A stretch of DNA of 64,000 nt from the human T2T-CHM13v2.0 reference genome, Homo sapiens: NCBI RefSeq assembly GCF_009914755.1, contig NC_060935.1; one strand, written 5' to 3'. Numbering within the stretch: the stretch's first letter is position 1; each line of letters opens with the position of its first letter. This document shows, piece after piece, positions 28,381 through 53,315 of this stretch. Position numbers and translations under genes: made by a program. The notes under the pieces were generated by a model, which made no database searches, was not told the origin of the DNA, and was given only the letters and a program-made list of their open reading frames with translations.

Positions 28381-29591
28381 TGGGACAGAAGAGAGTGAAG
28401 AGGTCAAAGACAGCATTTTAAAATATTCCCACAGAGAACATTCCAGGCCTTGATGGCTTTGCTGATAAATTCTGACAAATATTTAAGCAAGAAATAATAG
28501 AAATTTTATCCAAAATCTTCAAGAAAGTTGTAAATGAGTGTGCGACTATTCATTCAGTTATGTTTTCATTGCCTTGCCTGTGTCTGCTAAAAGCTCTACC
28601 CCTTCCTCAGGGCCATGAGGGACAGGCTTGAGTCCCACCTCCCAGGTTAGAGTGTGGCCAAGAGCTTCCAGGAATCCACACTCATCCACAAATAACCCTC
28701 CCCCAGGCACAGACATCATAAAGCAGGAGATAGAAAAGGGGATGCTGGACAGGGGTCCCAGGGACCTCAGGTGACCTTCCCTGCCCAGGCCCTTCCCTTC
28801 CCAGGTCATCACGGGTGTCGCTGTGTTCTTTGGGTCCAGGAGGCTGCATGTGCCCTCACTGGGCCACCAGAGCCCTCTCTGGGCCACTTGTAGCCAAAAT
28901 GAAGAAAGAATATCAGTCCCTCTCTCAGGGTAGAGCAGCAGGAATTGGCATTTGGGCTGTCGGCCATGCTCTCTGCTTTGTGGAGAAACAGACCTGTAGC
29001 AAAAATGAAAGCAACAGGGAGAAACAAGCAAGAGCTAGAGGAAGGACAGGGCGGAAGAGCCACAGGTCCCCAGGAGACCCCACAGACCAGAGGCCCTGAG
29101 CTTCCAGGGAGCCCCTCCCACTAACTTTGTATGACCTGGGGCCCTGTCAGTCACAACCCAAACATTCTACCACTGCAGCGTGGGGGACTGGGCCTGGCAC
29201 AGGGCAGGGGCACCCACTGGAGCCACCTATGTATATCCTCCCGGGAGTCAGCCTGTGGCAAGCTGTGCTGCTTGAGTAGTGGTGGCCCTGGTGGAGCCTA
29301 GTGGGGCCACCTCCCCATCTGGGTCCCCAGGAAGGTGCCTAAAGGAGAATCGCTGCTTTTCCAGTCAGTTATAGAGAGTATATGTGATCTTAACAGCTAA
29401 GAACTGAATTTTCTCAGGGATAAAACTGTGTTGGCTTAGGAAAATCCCTTGGCTAGGCTACTGGAAGGAAGGTGAGACCCTAAGGACACCTGTTTTTTGT
29501 TTTTTTTTTTTTTCAGGAGAAATAGCCCCAAGAGGCAGAACAGGATGATCCTGGGTTGGAACTAACAGACCACCAGAGAAAGCAGAGAAGA

Positions 29592-29868
29592 GGCCGAGTG
29601 CGGTGGCTCACGCCTGTAATCCCAGCACTTTGGGAGGCCAAGGCGGGCAGATCCCAAGGTCAGGAGATCGAGACCATCCTGGCTAACACGGTGAAACCCC
29701 ATACTAAAAATACAAAATAATTAGCCGGGCATGGTGGTGGGCACCTACAGTCCCAGCTACTCAGGAGAATGGTGTGAACCCAGGAGGTGGAGCTTGCAGT
29801 GGGCTGAGATCACGCCACTGCACTCCAGCCTGGGTGACAGAGCAAAACTCCGTCTCAAAAAAAAAAAA
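29592..29868 (+). mobile_element. AluY-like with small internal deletions
   Basis: GAGATCGAGACCATCCTGGCTAACACGG and AGCTTGCAGT diagnostics; TSD agaaa(g/a)cagagaaga. Confidence 0.9.
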
Positions 29869-30452
29869 GAAAACAGAGAAGAAAGGGGTAGAGAGGAGCT
29901 GCGTGGTAAACAGAGGCCCAGGGCATCCATCAGGAAGGATGGTCCAGTCCATTATCTGTCTAGCCACAAGCAGTTTTCATGGCTGCAAGGCGAACTCGCC
30001 CTCCATCTCCTCAAACCCCGAGAACTCAGGTGGACGGTGCATGCGTGTGTGTGCTCGTGTGTGTGCCTGCCTGCTGTGTGTGTGCATGAGCCCACACATG
30101 TGCCCACCTGCCTGTGTGTCTCTATGTGTACATGTGTGTGTCTGTGTGTAAAAGCTGGGGACTGCCATTCATGTTTCAAGGATACGAATCCCTCCAGGAT
30201 AGAGACATAGGAAGGGCCACAAGCCCCCATGGCAGAGGACGACTCTAGCAGGGGCACAAAGTAACCAGGAACACAGAGCTTCCTCAGCCCCAAACCCTCC
30301 TGAACTTTGCTCAAAAGCATAAATGGAGAGTGAGCCGATTGTATTTAGTTCCCGAAGGTCCAGTGCTCCTGACATCTGTGATACGGGTGTTCTTTTTAGA
30401 AAAAAATGAGAGGTCTTTGTTAAAACTCCAAGCACACATTAGCCATAGGTGA

Positions 30453-30827
<375 letters not shown>

Positions 30828-31029
30828 CTGGTGCCTTGTCTTTCAAATGATATCTCTGCCTGCCTGATCTAACCCTGGGGTGACCTGGCTCTCCATGGGT
30901 CCTTCTCGAAGTTCAGTCTCTGGCAGCTTCCACGTGTTTCCCACAGTCCTCTTTGTCAAAAATCATTCATAATAACAACAGCAATACGAATAAAACATTC
31001 ACTGCACTCCGGGGACTATTCTAGGTGAT

Positions 31030-31225
31030 TTGTAGAAACTCGTTTAGTCTTCTCAAGAGCCTGATGAAATCAGAACTATCAGCACCACCATTTTACAGAG
31101 GAGGAAACGGAGGCACAAAGGGGTTAAGAACTTTCCCAAGGCCACACAGCTTGGGTAGAGCAGAGATTCAAATCCACGCAGCCTGAGCCCAGAGTCTGTG
31201 CATGTAACCATTGGACCACACTGCC
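31030..31225. mobile_element. MIR
   Basis: cattttacagaggaggaaacggaggcacaaaggggttaagaactttcccaaggccacacagct. Confidence 0.75.
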
Positions 31226-32624
31226 TCTCGTTTAGGGGGTCTGCGGGGTCTGTTGAAGCCCTGGCCAGCACTGGCTGCTCTGAGCTCACTCTGTGAGGCT
31301 CCTGCATCCACAGAAGCAGGAAAGAAGGCTCCTGCTAGCACAGTGTGTTTGCACACGGCCGGCCAAATCCCACACTGTTTTCCGATGAGATGAGAGGAAT
31401 GTTGCCAAAATCCACATCATGCCTTCCCCTGCCCTCCCCACAGCTAGACTTGTCCTTGTATCCACTTAAAATCACTCCTCTGAACAATAGGCTGCAACTC
31501 ACAAAGTCAAAAAGAGACAGCTCTCTACTAGAAGACGGGTATTCTTGAGAATGCAGCTCAACCAGCATGAAACTTCTCCAATAAAGATGCTGCAATCATA
31601 AGGTAGAAGCCGAGAATCGTGGGAGCCCACAGGAAGGGGGGCCCTGGGCACAGGCTCCAGAGGAATGGCTCAGAGGGAAGCATTTGTACCCAGCCTTGTT
31701 AAAATGTGCCAGCCAGAAAATGCTGGCTATGGGCAAGACCCTCCAAAAACACAGAACAGTGCAAAGTTCAACCTGTTTGAGCAGCTCCCATTTTGACGAG
31801 CCTGGTTCCGACGTCTGGTTAACATCTCTTTGTTGAATTTTAACATAAAACATCTTTTTGACACAACAAGAAGAGCAAAGTCCCTTTGGAGCAGGAAGGC
31901 CAGGCTCACAGGTGCCGCCAGGCACATGAAAGGGCAGGGCAGCTGAGCCATGCTGCCCTGCGCCCTCCTTGGCCTACTTAGGCAGATTTGCTCAATGAGC
32001 CAGAGGAACCCCCCAGGCGGAGGCTCCAGTAGGGGCTGGAGAGAAGGGGTCTGCGCAGTGTGGGGCCTGCGGTTAGGGCTGTGGCAGCTCGCATCAGGGA
32101 CAAATTAAAGCCACGAGTGTGCTCCCCTGGCCCTGGCCACCTTCTTGAGCTGGTGCCGAGCCAGCAGCCCGTGGCTGCCTCCCCACATTGCAGCCTCCGT
32201 GTGGGCGGCGGGACACACAGGTGGCCGGCCATCGCCTGCTCCCAGGGATCAGCAGCCTTCAGGCCAGAGGAAAATGTATTTTTATTCAAGTGATGTCTGT
32301 GAATGCTCTAGAAGGGTGCAGGGAGGCAGGGAGAGGCTGTTGAGCGAGTGCTGTTGGGGACGGGGCTAGGGCCACACATGTGAAGCAGAGGTGGAAATGG
32401 CTGTTCCTGGGGTGACAGCCCATGGGGAGGCTGACCTTCTGGGAAAAGCTTTTGCTGGGCTTTGGGGTACACAAGCGCAAAGCTAGAAGCTGGTCCAGCG
32501 GGAGAGGAGGCCAAGCTGGAGGGTGGAAAGTGTGGGAGCTCTTCCTGGGCTCTGAGGGCACTAGGACAGGATTGATTTGAGTCTCCCTCTAGGACCCCCC
32601 ACCACCACTCTCCCTTACCGCTCC

Positions 32625-33132
32625 GTCACCAGCAGCATCACCATCTCAATCACCACCATCATCATCTCAATCATCACCACCACCACCACCACCACCATCT
32701 CAGTCACCACCACCACCATTTCAATCAGCACCTTCTTAATCATCATCATCACCATCTCAATTATCATCACCTCAGTCATCACCATCACCATCTCAATCAC
32801 CACCAGTACCATCATCCCAATCACCACCACCACCATCACCACCATCTCAATCATCACCACCATCTCAATCATCACCACCATCTCAATCACCACCATCACC
32901 ACCATCATCTCAATCACCACCATCTCAATCACCACCACCACCACCATCTCAATCATCCCACAACCATCTCAATCACCACCATCACCATCTCAGTCACCAC
33001 CATCACCACCATCTCAGTCACCACCAGCACCACCATCTCAGTCACCACCAGCACCATCTCAGTCACCACCACCACCATCAGCAGCAGCGCCACCATCATT
33101 GTCATTCCTATCATCACCATCATCATCACAGT
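32625..33132 (+). repeat. (CAC/CAT)n tract with recurring ACCATCTCAATC unit
   Basis: Directly visible. Confidence 0.92.
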
Positions 33133-35219
33133 CATAAGCACTGGGGCATTTCCCAGTTGTTCTGTGGGGAATTTCAAGTTGAGCCTGTGGCCGCGTTTGG
33201 GGCACATTTGGTAGTGACGAGTAGCAAAGCCACTGCCATTTTTCAGAAAGGCAGTGGCCCAGGCTATTCCAAACAGCAGTTTGGAGCAAGCAATGCCCAG
33301 GAGAGCAGACCTTCAGAGGCTTTGGAGGAGCTGGCAGTCCCAAGCCTAACATGGGTTGGGGGCCCTCATTATCCTGGGGGCCCTCATTATCCTCACGTAA
33401 ACACTCCGAGAGCTGGAGGAGGACCCTCAGAGAACCAGGACATCTTGCCCTAAAGACCACCTCGTAGAGTGGAGAGCATGATGCCCTTTCCACAGATGAG
33501 GAAATCAAGGCCCAGAAGACCTGGATTTAAACTGAAACTGTGAAGATGGCCACGCCTCTCTGCAGCCCTGGCTGGGCCCTACCCTGTGTGCCAGTCCTGT
33601 GCTGGGCACGGTTAGAGGCACGATGACTCGGACCTGGCCCTTAGAAAACCTGCAGCCCATCACCTCACGCAAAGCACCTCCAGGTGGTGGGCACCGTTCT
33701 GGAGGGCTTCAGGGATTGGGAAACGAGGAGACAGGGATGGGCCTGGACGGGCAGAGACGGTGGCCACAGCATTCAGGTGGAAGAAACAGCAAAGGAGCGA
33801 AGACAGGAGTGCAGGACCTCTTCAGAAGAGAGTCAGTGCCTGTGTGGGCAGGGCCGAGGCCACGTGATGGAAGCAGCCGAAGGGAGAAAAGAGGGTTCCC
33901 ATGGCCTCGGCCTCCTCTCCAAGGCACTAGGGAGTGATCTCAGACTCTAAGCAAGGGGTGACAAGCTAGAGGCTCGCAGATCCTTCAAAGGGTCCACACA
34001 GAGCTTCTCCCAGGAGCGCACTTCTACCTCCGAGAACCCAGCCCACAGAGACAAAGGCTGGGAGGAGAGCAGAGGCTCTGATCCTGCAGTAATAGTTTCC
34101 AAGCCCCAGGCAACCTCGAGGGGCACAGAGCCCTGTCAGGCCCTGAGCAAGCCCAGCCAGCTTTGGCTGCTGCCTCCTTCAGCCGCCCGCCTGGATTCGG
34201 CCAGCCCTGCTGAGTCACGGACAGTAAGCTCTCCTGCCTGCCCTTTCTCCTGCCTGGCCTGGGACCAGAGGCAGCTGCTGTCACCACAGGACATTGGGGG
34301 CTGGGAGGAATCACAAAAAACCTGCTGCACGAACCAGCCAGAAGGATGCCCACCGCGCAACCCCAGGTCCAAAAAAAAAAGAATACGTTGACAAACCACG
34401 TGCCTGTGCCATTTCTCCTGTAACAAGGCAGGCCCAGGACAGGGTTGAGGCCTCACGACCATGGGGTCTCCCTTCATTGAATTCGCTGTCATTGCCTCCA
34501 CTCTCCTTGACCCTTCCCCCTCCCAAAATCTTATCCTCCACCCGCCACTCACCCCTGTGGTCTAGTGCTCATCGCTAGACCAGTAGCTGCCCGTGTCCCA
34601 GCTCTCCACCTGGATTCCCCTCCAGACCTAGACTGTAACAGTACTTCCATCCTGTGGGCTGTAAGACTCAGCGCCCCTCCTCCTGCACTGTCCCAGTGGC
34701 CTCGCGTCCCTTTAGCCACTAGCTCAGGACTCCTCCGGGGAACATCTTGTAGCCATGCCCTTGCACATGCGCACCATGCAGCGGCCCCATCTCTCTCCCC
34801 CTTTGCTGCCTGGCCAGGCTCCTCCATGCCCAAACCTAACTCTGTCCACACCACGCCTGCCCCCCGCAGAGGAGGCAAAATCTCATCACAGACCCCACCG
34901 AGGGGCACCAGCAGCAACCATCCCACTCTGGTCCATCGGCTCTCCCGCCTCTCTGTCTTCAAACTTGCCACACCTCCCTAAGCTCAACTGTCTACCTTGC
35001 TTCGTATTTCACTGGCCCCTCTTGTCCTCCCAACACAGAGCTTCGTTTGTGTCTGCACGATCACCCTCATCTCCTGCAGCTGGCAATGAACTCCTGGGGC
35101 CACTGTGCTCTGGGTTCCGTCCCCTCTCACAGTCTCAAGGACTCTGCTCAAATATCCCTCCTGCCAACAACATCAAGGTTTCCCTTTCTAACATGCGATC
35201 CATCAGCATACAAGTGAGT

Positions 35220-36027
35220 TGTAATAACCCCTCTGCTTGAAAACAAGGCTTCATAACACAATTGTGTGAGCCCCCACAGCAGAGATGACCAACTGCCCCC
35301 CAGCACCCACGCTTCCCCATTCCAGTGTTGAGATGTGGCCTGATAGCAGCAGCCTAGCCAGGAACTGCGTCCCTCCCCACCTTCTGCCTTGTCACCAGTT
35401 CTCAGCAGTGGGATGTGAATGGAATAAATGTGGGTCACTTCTGGGCTAAGATGGTCAAAATGCAGGTGAATGCAGGCTGGGCGCAGTGGCTCACACCTGT
35501 AATCCCAGCACTTTGGGAGGCTGAAGCAGGTGGATCACTTGAGGTCAGGAGTCTGGGATCAGCCTGGCCAACATGGCAAAAACCCGTCTCTACTAAAAAT
35601 ACAAAAATTAGCCGGGCGTGGTGATGCGCACCTGTAATCCCAGCTACTCCAGAGGCTGAGGCAGGAAAATCACTTGAACCTGGGAGGCGGAAGTTGCAGT
35701 GAGCTGAGATTGCTCACTGGTGACAGGGCAAGACTCCATCTCAAAAAAATAATAATAAAAAAAAATTGTAAACGCAGGTGGATGCTTCATCCTCTCTTCC
35801 CCTCTGTGGCTGGATGCACACGAGCACAGCCAGCGTGGATGCCAAGGACAGAGCTGCGAGATGGGGAGAGCCTGCGTTCCCAGACACCTCTTGGAGGAGA
35901 GCTGCCCACAGTCAGCAACAGCCATTTGGGACTTTACACAATCAATAAATAAACTTCTACTGTGTTTGAGCTGCTATACATTTCGAGGTTGGCTTGCCAC
36001 AGCAGCCAGCGTTACTCTAATTAATGC
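35220..36027 (+). mobile_element. MLT1-like (MaLR) LTR split by an Alu
   Basis: Typical MLT1 3' end: aataaacttctactgtgtttgagc...ttgccacagcagccagcgttactctaattaat; 5' boundary approximate. Confidence 0.6.
35475..35765 (+). mobile_element. Alu
   Basis: Full Alu; TSD aaa(t/c)gcaggtg(a/g)atgc. Confidence 0.93.
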
Positions 36028-36049
36028 GAACCACATCCCCATTTTCCTG

Positions 36050-37712
<1,663 letters not shown>

Positions 37713-37721
37713 TGATATTAA

Positions 37722-38501
<780 letters not shown>

Positions 38502-38519
38502 GTGGAGAAAGCTGCATGA

Positions 38520-39370
38520 GAAGCATTTTTTTGGGAGAGCTCAGCTTTGGCCACACTAAGTGTGAGATGTTTATTAAGCACCTAAGATTAGGCAGTTGGA
38601 TCAAAATCTAGCATTCCAAGAAGAGGTACAGGCTAAAGATGTGAATGGACCAGATGATAGAGAATATAGAGAAGACCAAGGAGTGAGCTCAGTGGCCTCC
38701 AATGTTAACAGTGTGTGGAGAAGAGGAAAACCCAACCAAGAAGATTGAGAACTAGTGAGTCCTGGAGGCCCAGGGAAGAAAGTATTCTCAGATGGAGATC
38801 AGAGACAGATGGCTCAAGTAAGATGAGGACTGAAAATGTCATTGAATCTAGCAGCATGGAGGTCATTGGTGACAGCAGAGTGATAGGGGCAAAACCTTGA
38901 TGGGAATGAATCCAAAAACAAACAAAAAAATGGGAAGACAGAAACTGGAAATGAGTGTCAATAATACTTTCATAGAATTTTGTTGTAAATACAAGCAAAG
39001 GTGGGGCAGTCGCTTAAGAAGAAAGAGGGGCTCAAATGGAGGGGGAGTTTTTGGAAGGCTACAGAAAAAAATGGCATATTTGTACATTGGTGGAAATTAT
39101 CCAGTAGCGAGGGAAAGACAAATGCCAAAGAGAGATGTGAGCAGGCAAAGGGGGGTGGGCTCTAGGCACACAGTGAGGGGTTGGCATGGATGAGAGAGAA
39201 ACCAAACTGGGTGGAAGGAAGGCAGAATGTGGGGGCACCAAGGCAGGTGAGCTGGTGAGAGAATTAGACTGTTGGCTTCTGATGGCTTCTATTGTTTTAG
39301 TGAAATAAGAAAAAAGGTCATCTATTGAGAGAGAGGATAGAAGAGAAGGTGGTAGGTTTGAAGAGAGAAG
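38520..39370 (-). mobile_element. Degraded LINE-2 fragment
   Basis: gagctcagctttggccacactaagtgtgagatg, caagtaagatgaggactgaaaa and ggaggtcattggtgac are antisense L2 motifs. Confidence 0.65.
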
Positions 39371-40007
39371 ATGGTATCAAATAACCCCTGGTTTGTGTGT
39401 TCAAATATAAGGGTAACAGAAATAAAACGTACAACTGACAGACCAAGACAGTAGAAGAATATAACAAGAAAACTTAATGGATTCAGTAGAAATTAGGAAC
39501 AAGGAAACCAAGATTTAAAGGGAAAATGTGGTAAACAAGAAAACATACAGTAAGTCCAAACATGTCAATAATTACAATAAATGTGAACAGGTTAAAATCG
39601 CTAATTAAAAGGCAGAGGTATTTCTTTTGGATTTTACAAAAGGAAATGTAAAGCTTATTTGGCAGCTCAAGCTGATGAAGCTAAACATATCAGTTACTAA
39701 AACAAAGTCTGCACATATTTACACCAAACTGTAAACAGTAGTGTAACTCACTGGTTGATGAGTATATGAGGGATCTTTATTTTCATTTCAATATGTTCTG
39801 AATTTTTGAGGAAGTGTGTAAATTATTTCATAATTAGAAAATAAATGAAATTTTTAAAAAAATCATCCATGCACTTCAGCAAGTCTCCATGGAACCTTTA
39901 TTTGTTGTCCAAATCAGTTCCAAAGAGCCTCTAAAGAAGGGTTCCAGACTACCAGGAGCTCACTGGAAATAAGACCAACTGGACCATAATAGAAGAATGC
40001 AGGTCAT

Positions 40008-40078
40008 GGCTGGGTGCCGCAACTCACACCACTTTGGGAGGCCAAGGCAGGCAGATCACCTGAGGTCAGGAGTTTGAG
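40008..40078 (+). mobile_element. Alu left-arm fragment
   Basis: cactttgggaggccaaggcaggcagatcacctgaggtcaggagtttgaga. Confidence 0.8.
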
Positions 40079-40587
40079 AAGAATGCAGGACAGTGTAAAG
40101 ATGAGATTCCACTGACAACTCTGAGCCCTAGGTGTAGGCAGGAATAAGCGAAGAGAGCCCGCTGGAGGAGGAGTATTTGGACTGTGCCCATTCCACACAG
40201 TATGTGGCCTAAGGGTGAGCCTGGAGACAGCATTCCAGGCTGGAGGTCCAACATAAGCAAGGGTGGGAACTGAGAAAGCATGTACAGGGCATGTGGTGGA
40301 AGCAGTGGATGACTCAAGGTGCAGAGCCCAGGGAGGCAAAGAAGTTGGCTTGGTAAGCCATGTGGAGGGGCAGCGGGAAGAGTCGGTGAAGCAAAAAGAA
40401 GCAGATGGGAGGGGCATTTATGCCTCAAATGGAGAGTTTTATGCCCAAAGCTCATAAGAGCAAACACCTGGGTTGCCATCACTGCTGCACTGCACATATA
40501 CGCATGCACACATGTACACACATGCACTTGTGCAAACACATGTGCACACATACACAGACATGTGCACACACCCACATATACATACAC

Positions 40588-40923
<336 letters not shown>

Positions 40924-41840
40924 TAACTGCTTTGTGTTCTCTGGCCCTTTCGCCTACAGAATTAGCTATCGAGACCAAGGGGGTTCTCTTGGCCTCGGTC
41001 CAGCCTTTCCTGAACCCCACACCCTGCATCAGCACACACTGCTGTCCACTCACCTGCCCTAGTAAGTCACCACTAGCTGTTGTTGACTGGGAGCCCCTTG
41101 GCTTTTAAGCAGGATTTGACCCAAGGGCTCGCAGTGCGTGGTGGGTCCAGGGGCAGGAGTTGAGGCAGAAAGACAAGGGCAGGGACAGCTGTGGAGTGGG
41201 GGAGGTGGGAGAGAGAAATCCTTAGGAGGCAAAACTAGCCAGGCTTGGCCCCTGGTGGATTTGGGAGGCAGGGAGCAGGAGGCGTGAACCAAGACGCTGG
41301 GTTCCAGGCCAGACACTGTGACATGAGAGGCCATAGCTGAGGTGGGGCTCTGCAGGAGGCATAGATTTGGGGAGGGGACAGAGATCTCAGGGTGGCATTG
41401 GGCACACCGAACCTGGGGAGTCTGTGGGGTGTCTGTTGATGCTGGGAAGCTCCACCGAGGTCTCAGGACAGGGTAACAGCAAAGCGGGCACAGGACGCCA
41501 ACCACAGCAGGTGAGTGGAGGCAGGAGCCATGGGTGGGGCCAGGCCACACAGCCTGGGAGGCGCAGGGGCTGGGCAGCTGCCAGTGACCCAAGCCCACAC
41601 AGAGACTTGCACAGCTGCCCCAGCCCCAAATTAGGGGGATCCCCTGGCCCACCTTCTCTTGGCTCAGCCACTCTGGGAGGTGGGCACACAGGGGCACCGA
41701 AGGGAGCAGGCAGCCCTGGCATCCCACAGCCGCCAGGAGAAAAACTTAGGCCTCCCCAAGACCTGGCACAGAGCAGGCCGGCCCTGGCCCCCAAGCAGAG
41801 GAGGCTGCACCTCCCTCGCGTCTGTGCCTGCCTCAACGCG

Positions 41841-41855
41841 GGTTAAACTTTGACC
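41841..41855 (+). promoter_or_regulatory. HNF1-type site, SLC22A12 proximal promoter
   Basis: GGTTAAACTTTGACC imperfect palindrome ~400 nt upstream of ATG, in an AT-rich island; HNF1 control of URAT1 is established. Confidence 0.75.
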
Positions 41856-42239
41856 AAGGAAATGATTGCTAAACTCGATTCCATAAGTGTCACCGGTCAC
41901 ACTTTAATTCCAGTCTAAAATTAAAGTCTTCAGTCTCCACATTCCCTACTTTCCAAATTCAGCTTTCCCGGGAGGTCTGGAGCAGCTGCCTCTCTGGGGA
42001 GATGCTGGAGGTCTCGGAATCACCTCACACGGCCTCAGGGCCCAGTTGGAGCCACCCCAAGTGACACCAGCAGGCAGATGACCAGAGAGCCTGAGCCTCC
42101 GGCCCCGAGTCTGTGAAGCCTAGCCGCTGGGCTGGAGAAGCCACTGTGGGCACCACCGTGGGGGAAACAGGCCCGTTGCCCTGGCCTCTTTGCCCTGGGC
42201 CAGCCTTTGTGAAGTGGGCCCCTCTTCTGGGCCCCTTGA

Positions 42240-52534
<10,295 letters not shown>

Positions 52535-53309
52535 CCTCCTGGGGAACCTGCGATGGGACGGTCAGAGGAAGAGACTTCTTCTGTTCTCTGGAGAAGGCAG
52601 GAGGAAAGCAAAGACCTCCATTTCCAGAGGCCCAGAGGCTGCCCTCTGAGGTCCCCACTCTCCCCCAGGGCTGCCCCTCCAGGTGAGCCCTGCCCCTCTC
52701 ACAGTCCAAGGGGCCCCCTTCAATACTGAAGGGGAAAAGGACAGTTTGATTGGCAGGAGGTGACCCAGTGCACCATCACCCTGCCCTGCCCTCGTGGCTT
52801 CGGAGAGCAGAGGGGTCAGGCCCAGGGGAACGAGCTGGCCTTGCCAACCCTCTGCTTGACTCCGCACTGCCACTTGTCCCCCCACACCCGTCCACCTGCC
52901 CAGAGCTCAGAGCTAACCACCATCCATGGTCAAGACCTCTCCTAGCTCCACACAAGCAGTAGAGTCTCAGCTCCACAGCTTTACCCAGAAGCCCTGTAAG
53001 CCTGGCCCCTGGCCCCTCCCCATGTCCCTCCAGGCCTCAGCCACCTGCCCGCCACATCCTCTGCCTGCTGTCCCCTTCCCACCCTCATCCCTGACCGACT
53101 CCACTTAACCCCCAAACCCAGCCCCCCTTCCAGGGGTCCAGGGCCAGCCTGAGATGCCCGTGAAACTCCTACCCACAGTTACAGCCACAAGCCTGCCTCC
53201 TCCCACCCTGCCAGCCTATGAGTTCCCAGAGGGTTGGGGCAGTCCCATGACCCCATGTCCCAGCTCCCCACACAGCGCTGGGCCAGAGAGGCATTGGTGC
53301 GAGGGATTG

Positions 53310-53315
53310 AATAAA
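53310..53315 (+). terminator. Probable SLC22A12 polyadenylation signal
   Basis: First AATAAA after the stop codon (~780 nt of 3'UTR). Confidence 0.7.

Noticed and set aside
33358-33393. Short tandem duplications (18 bp here; similar near 230, 11658 and 16110)
   Set aside because: Ordinary slippage duplications in non-coding DNA; no repeat-spacer structure
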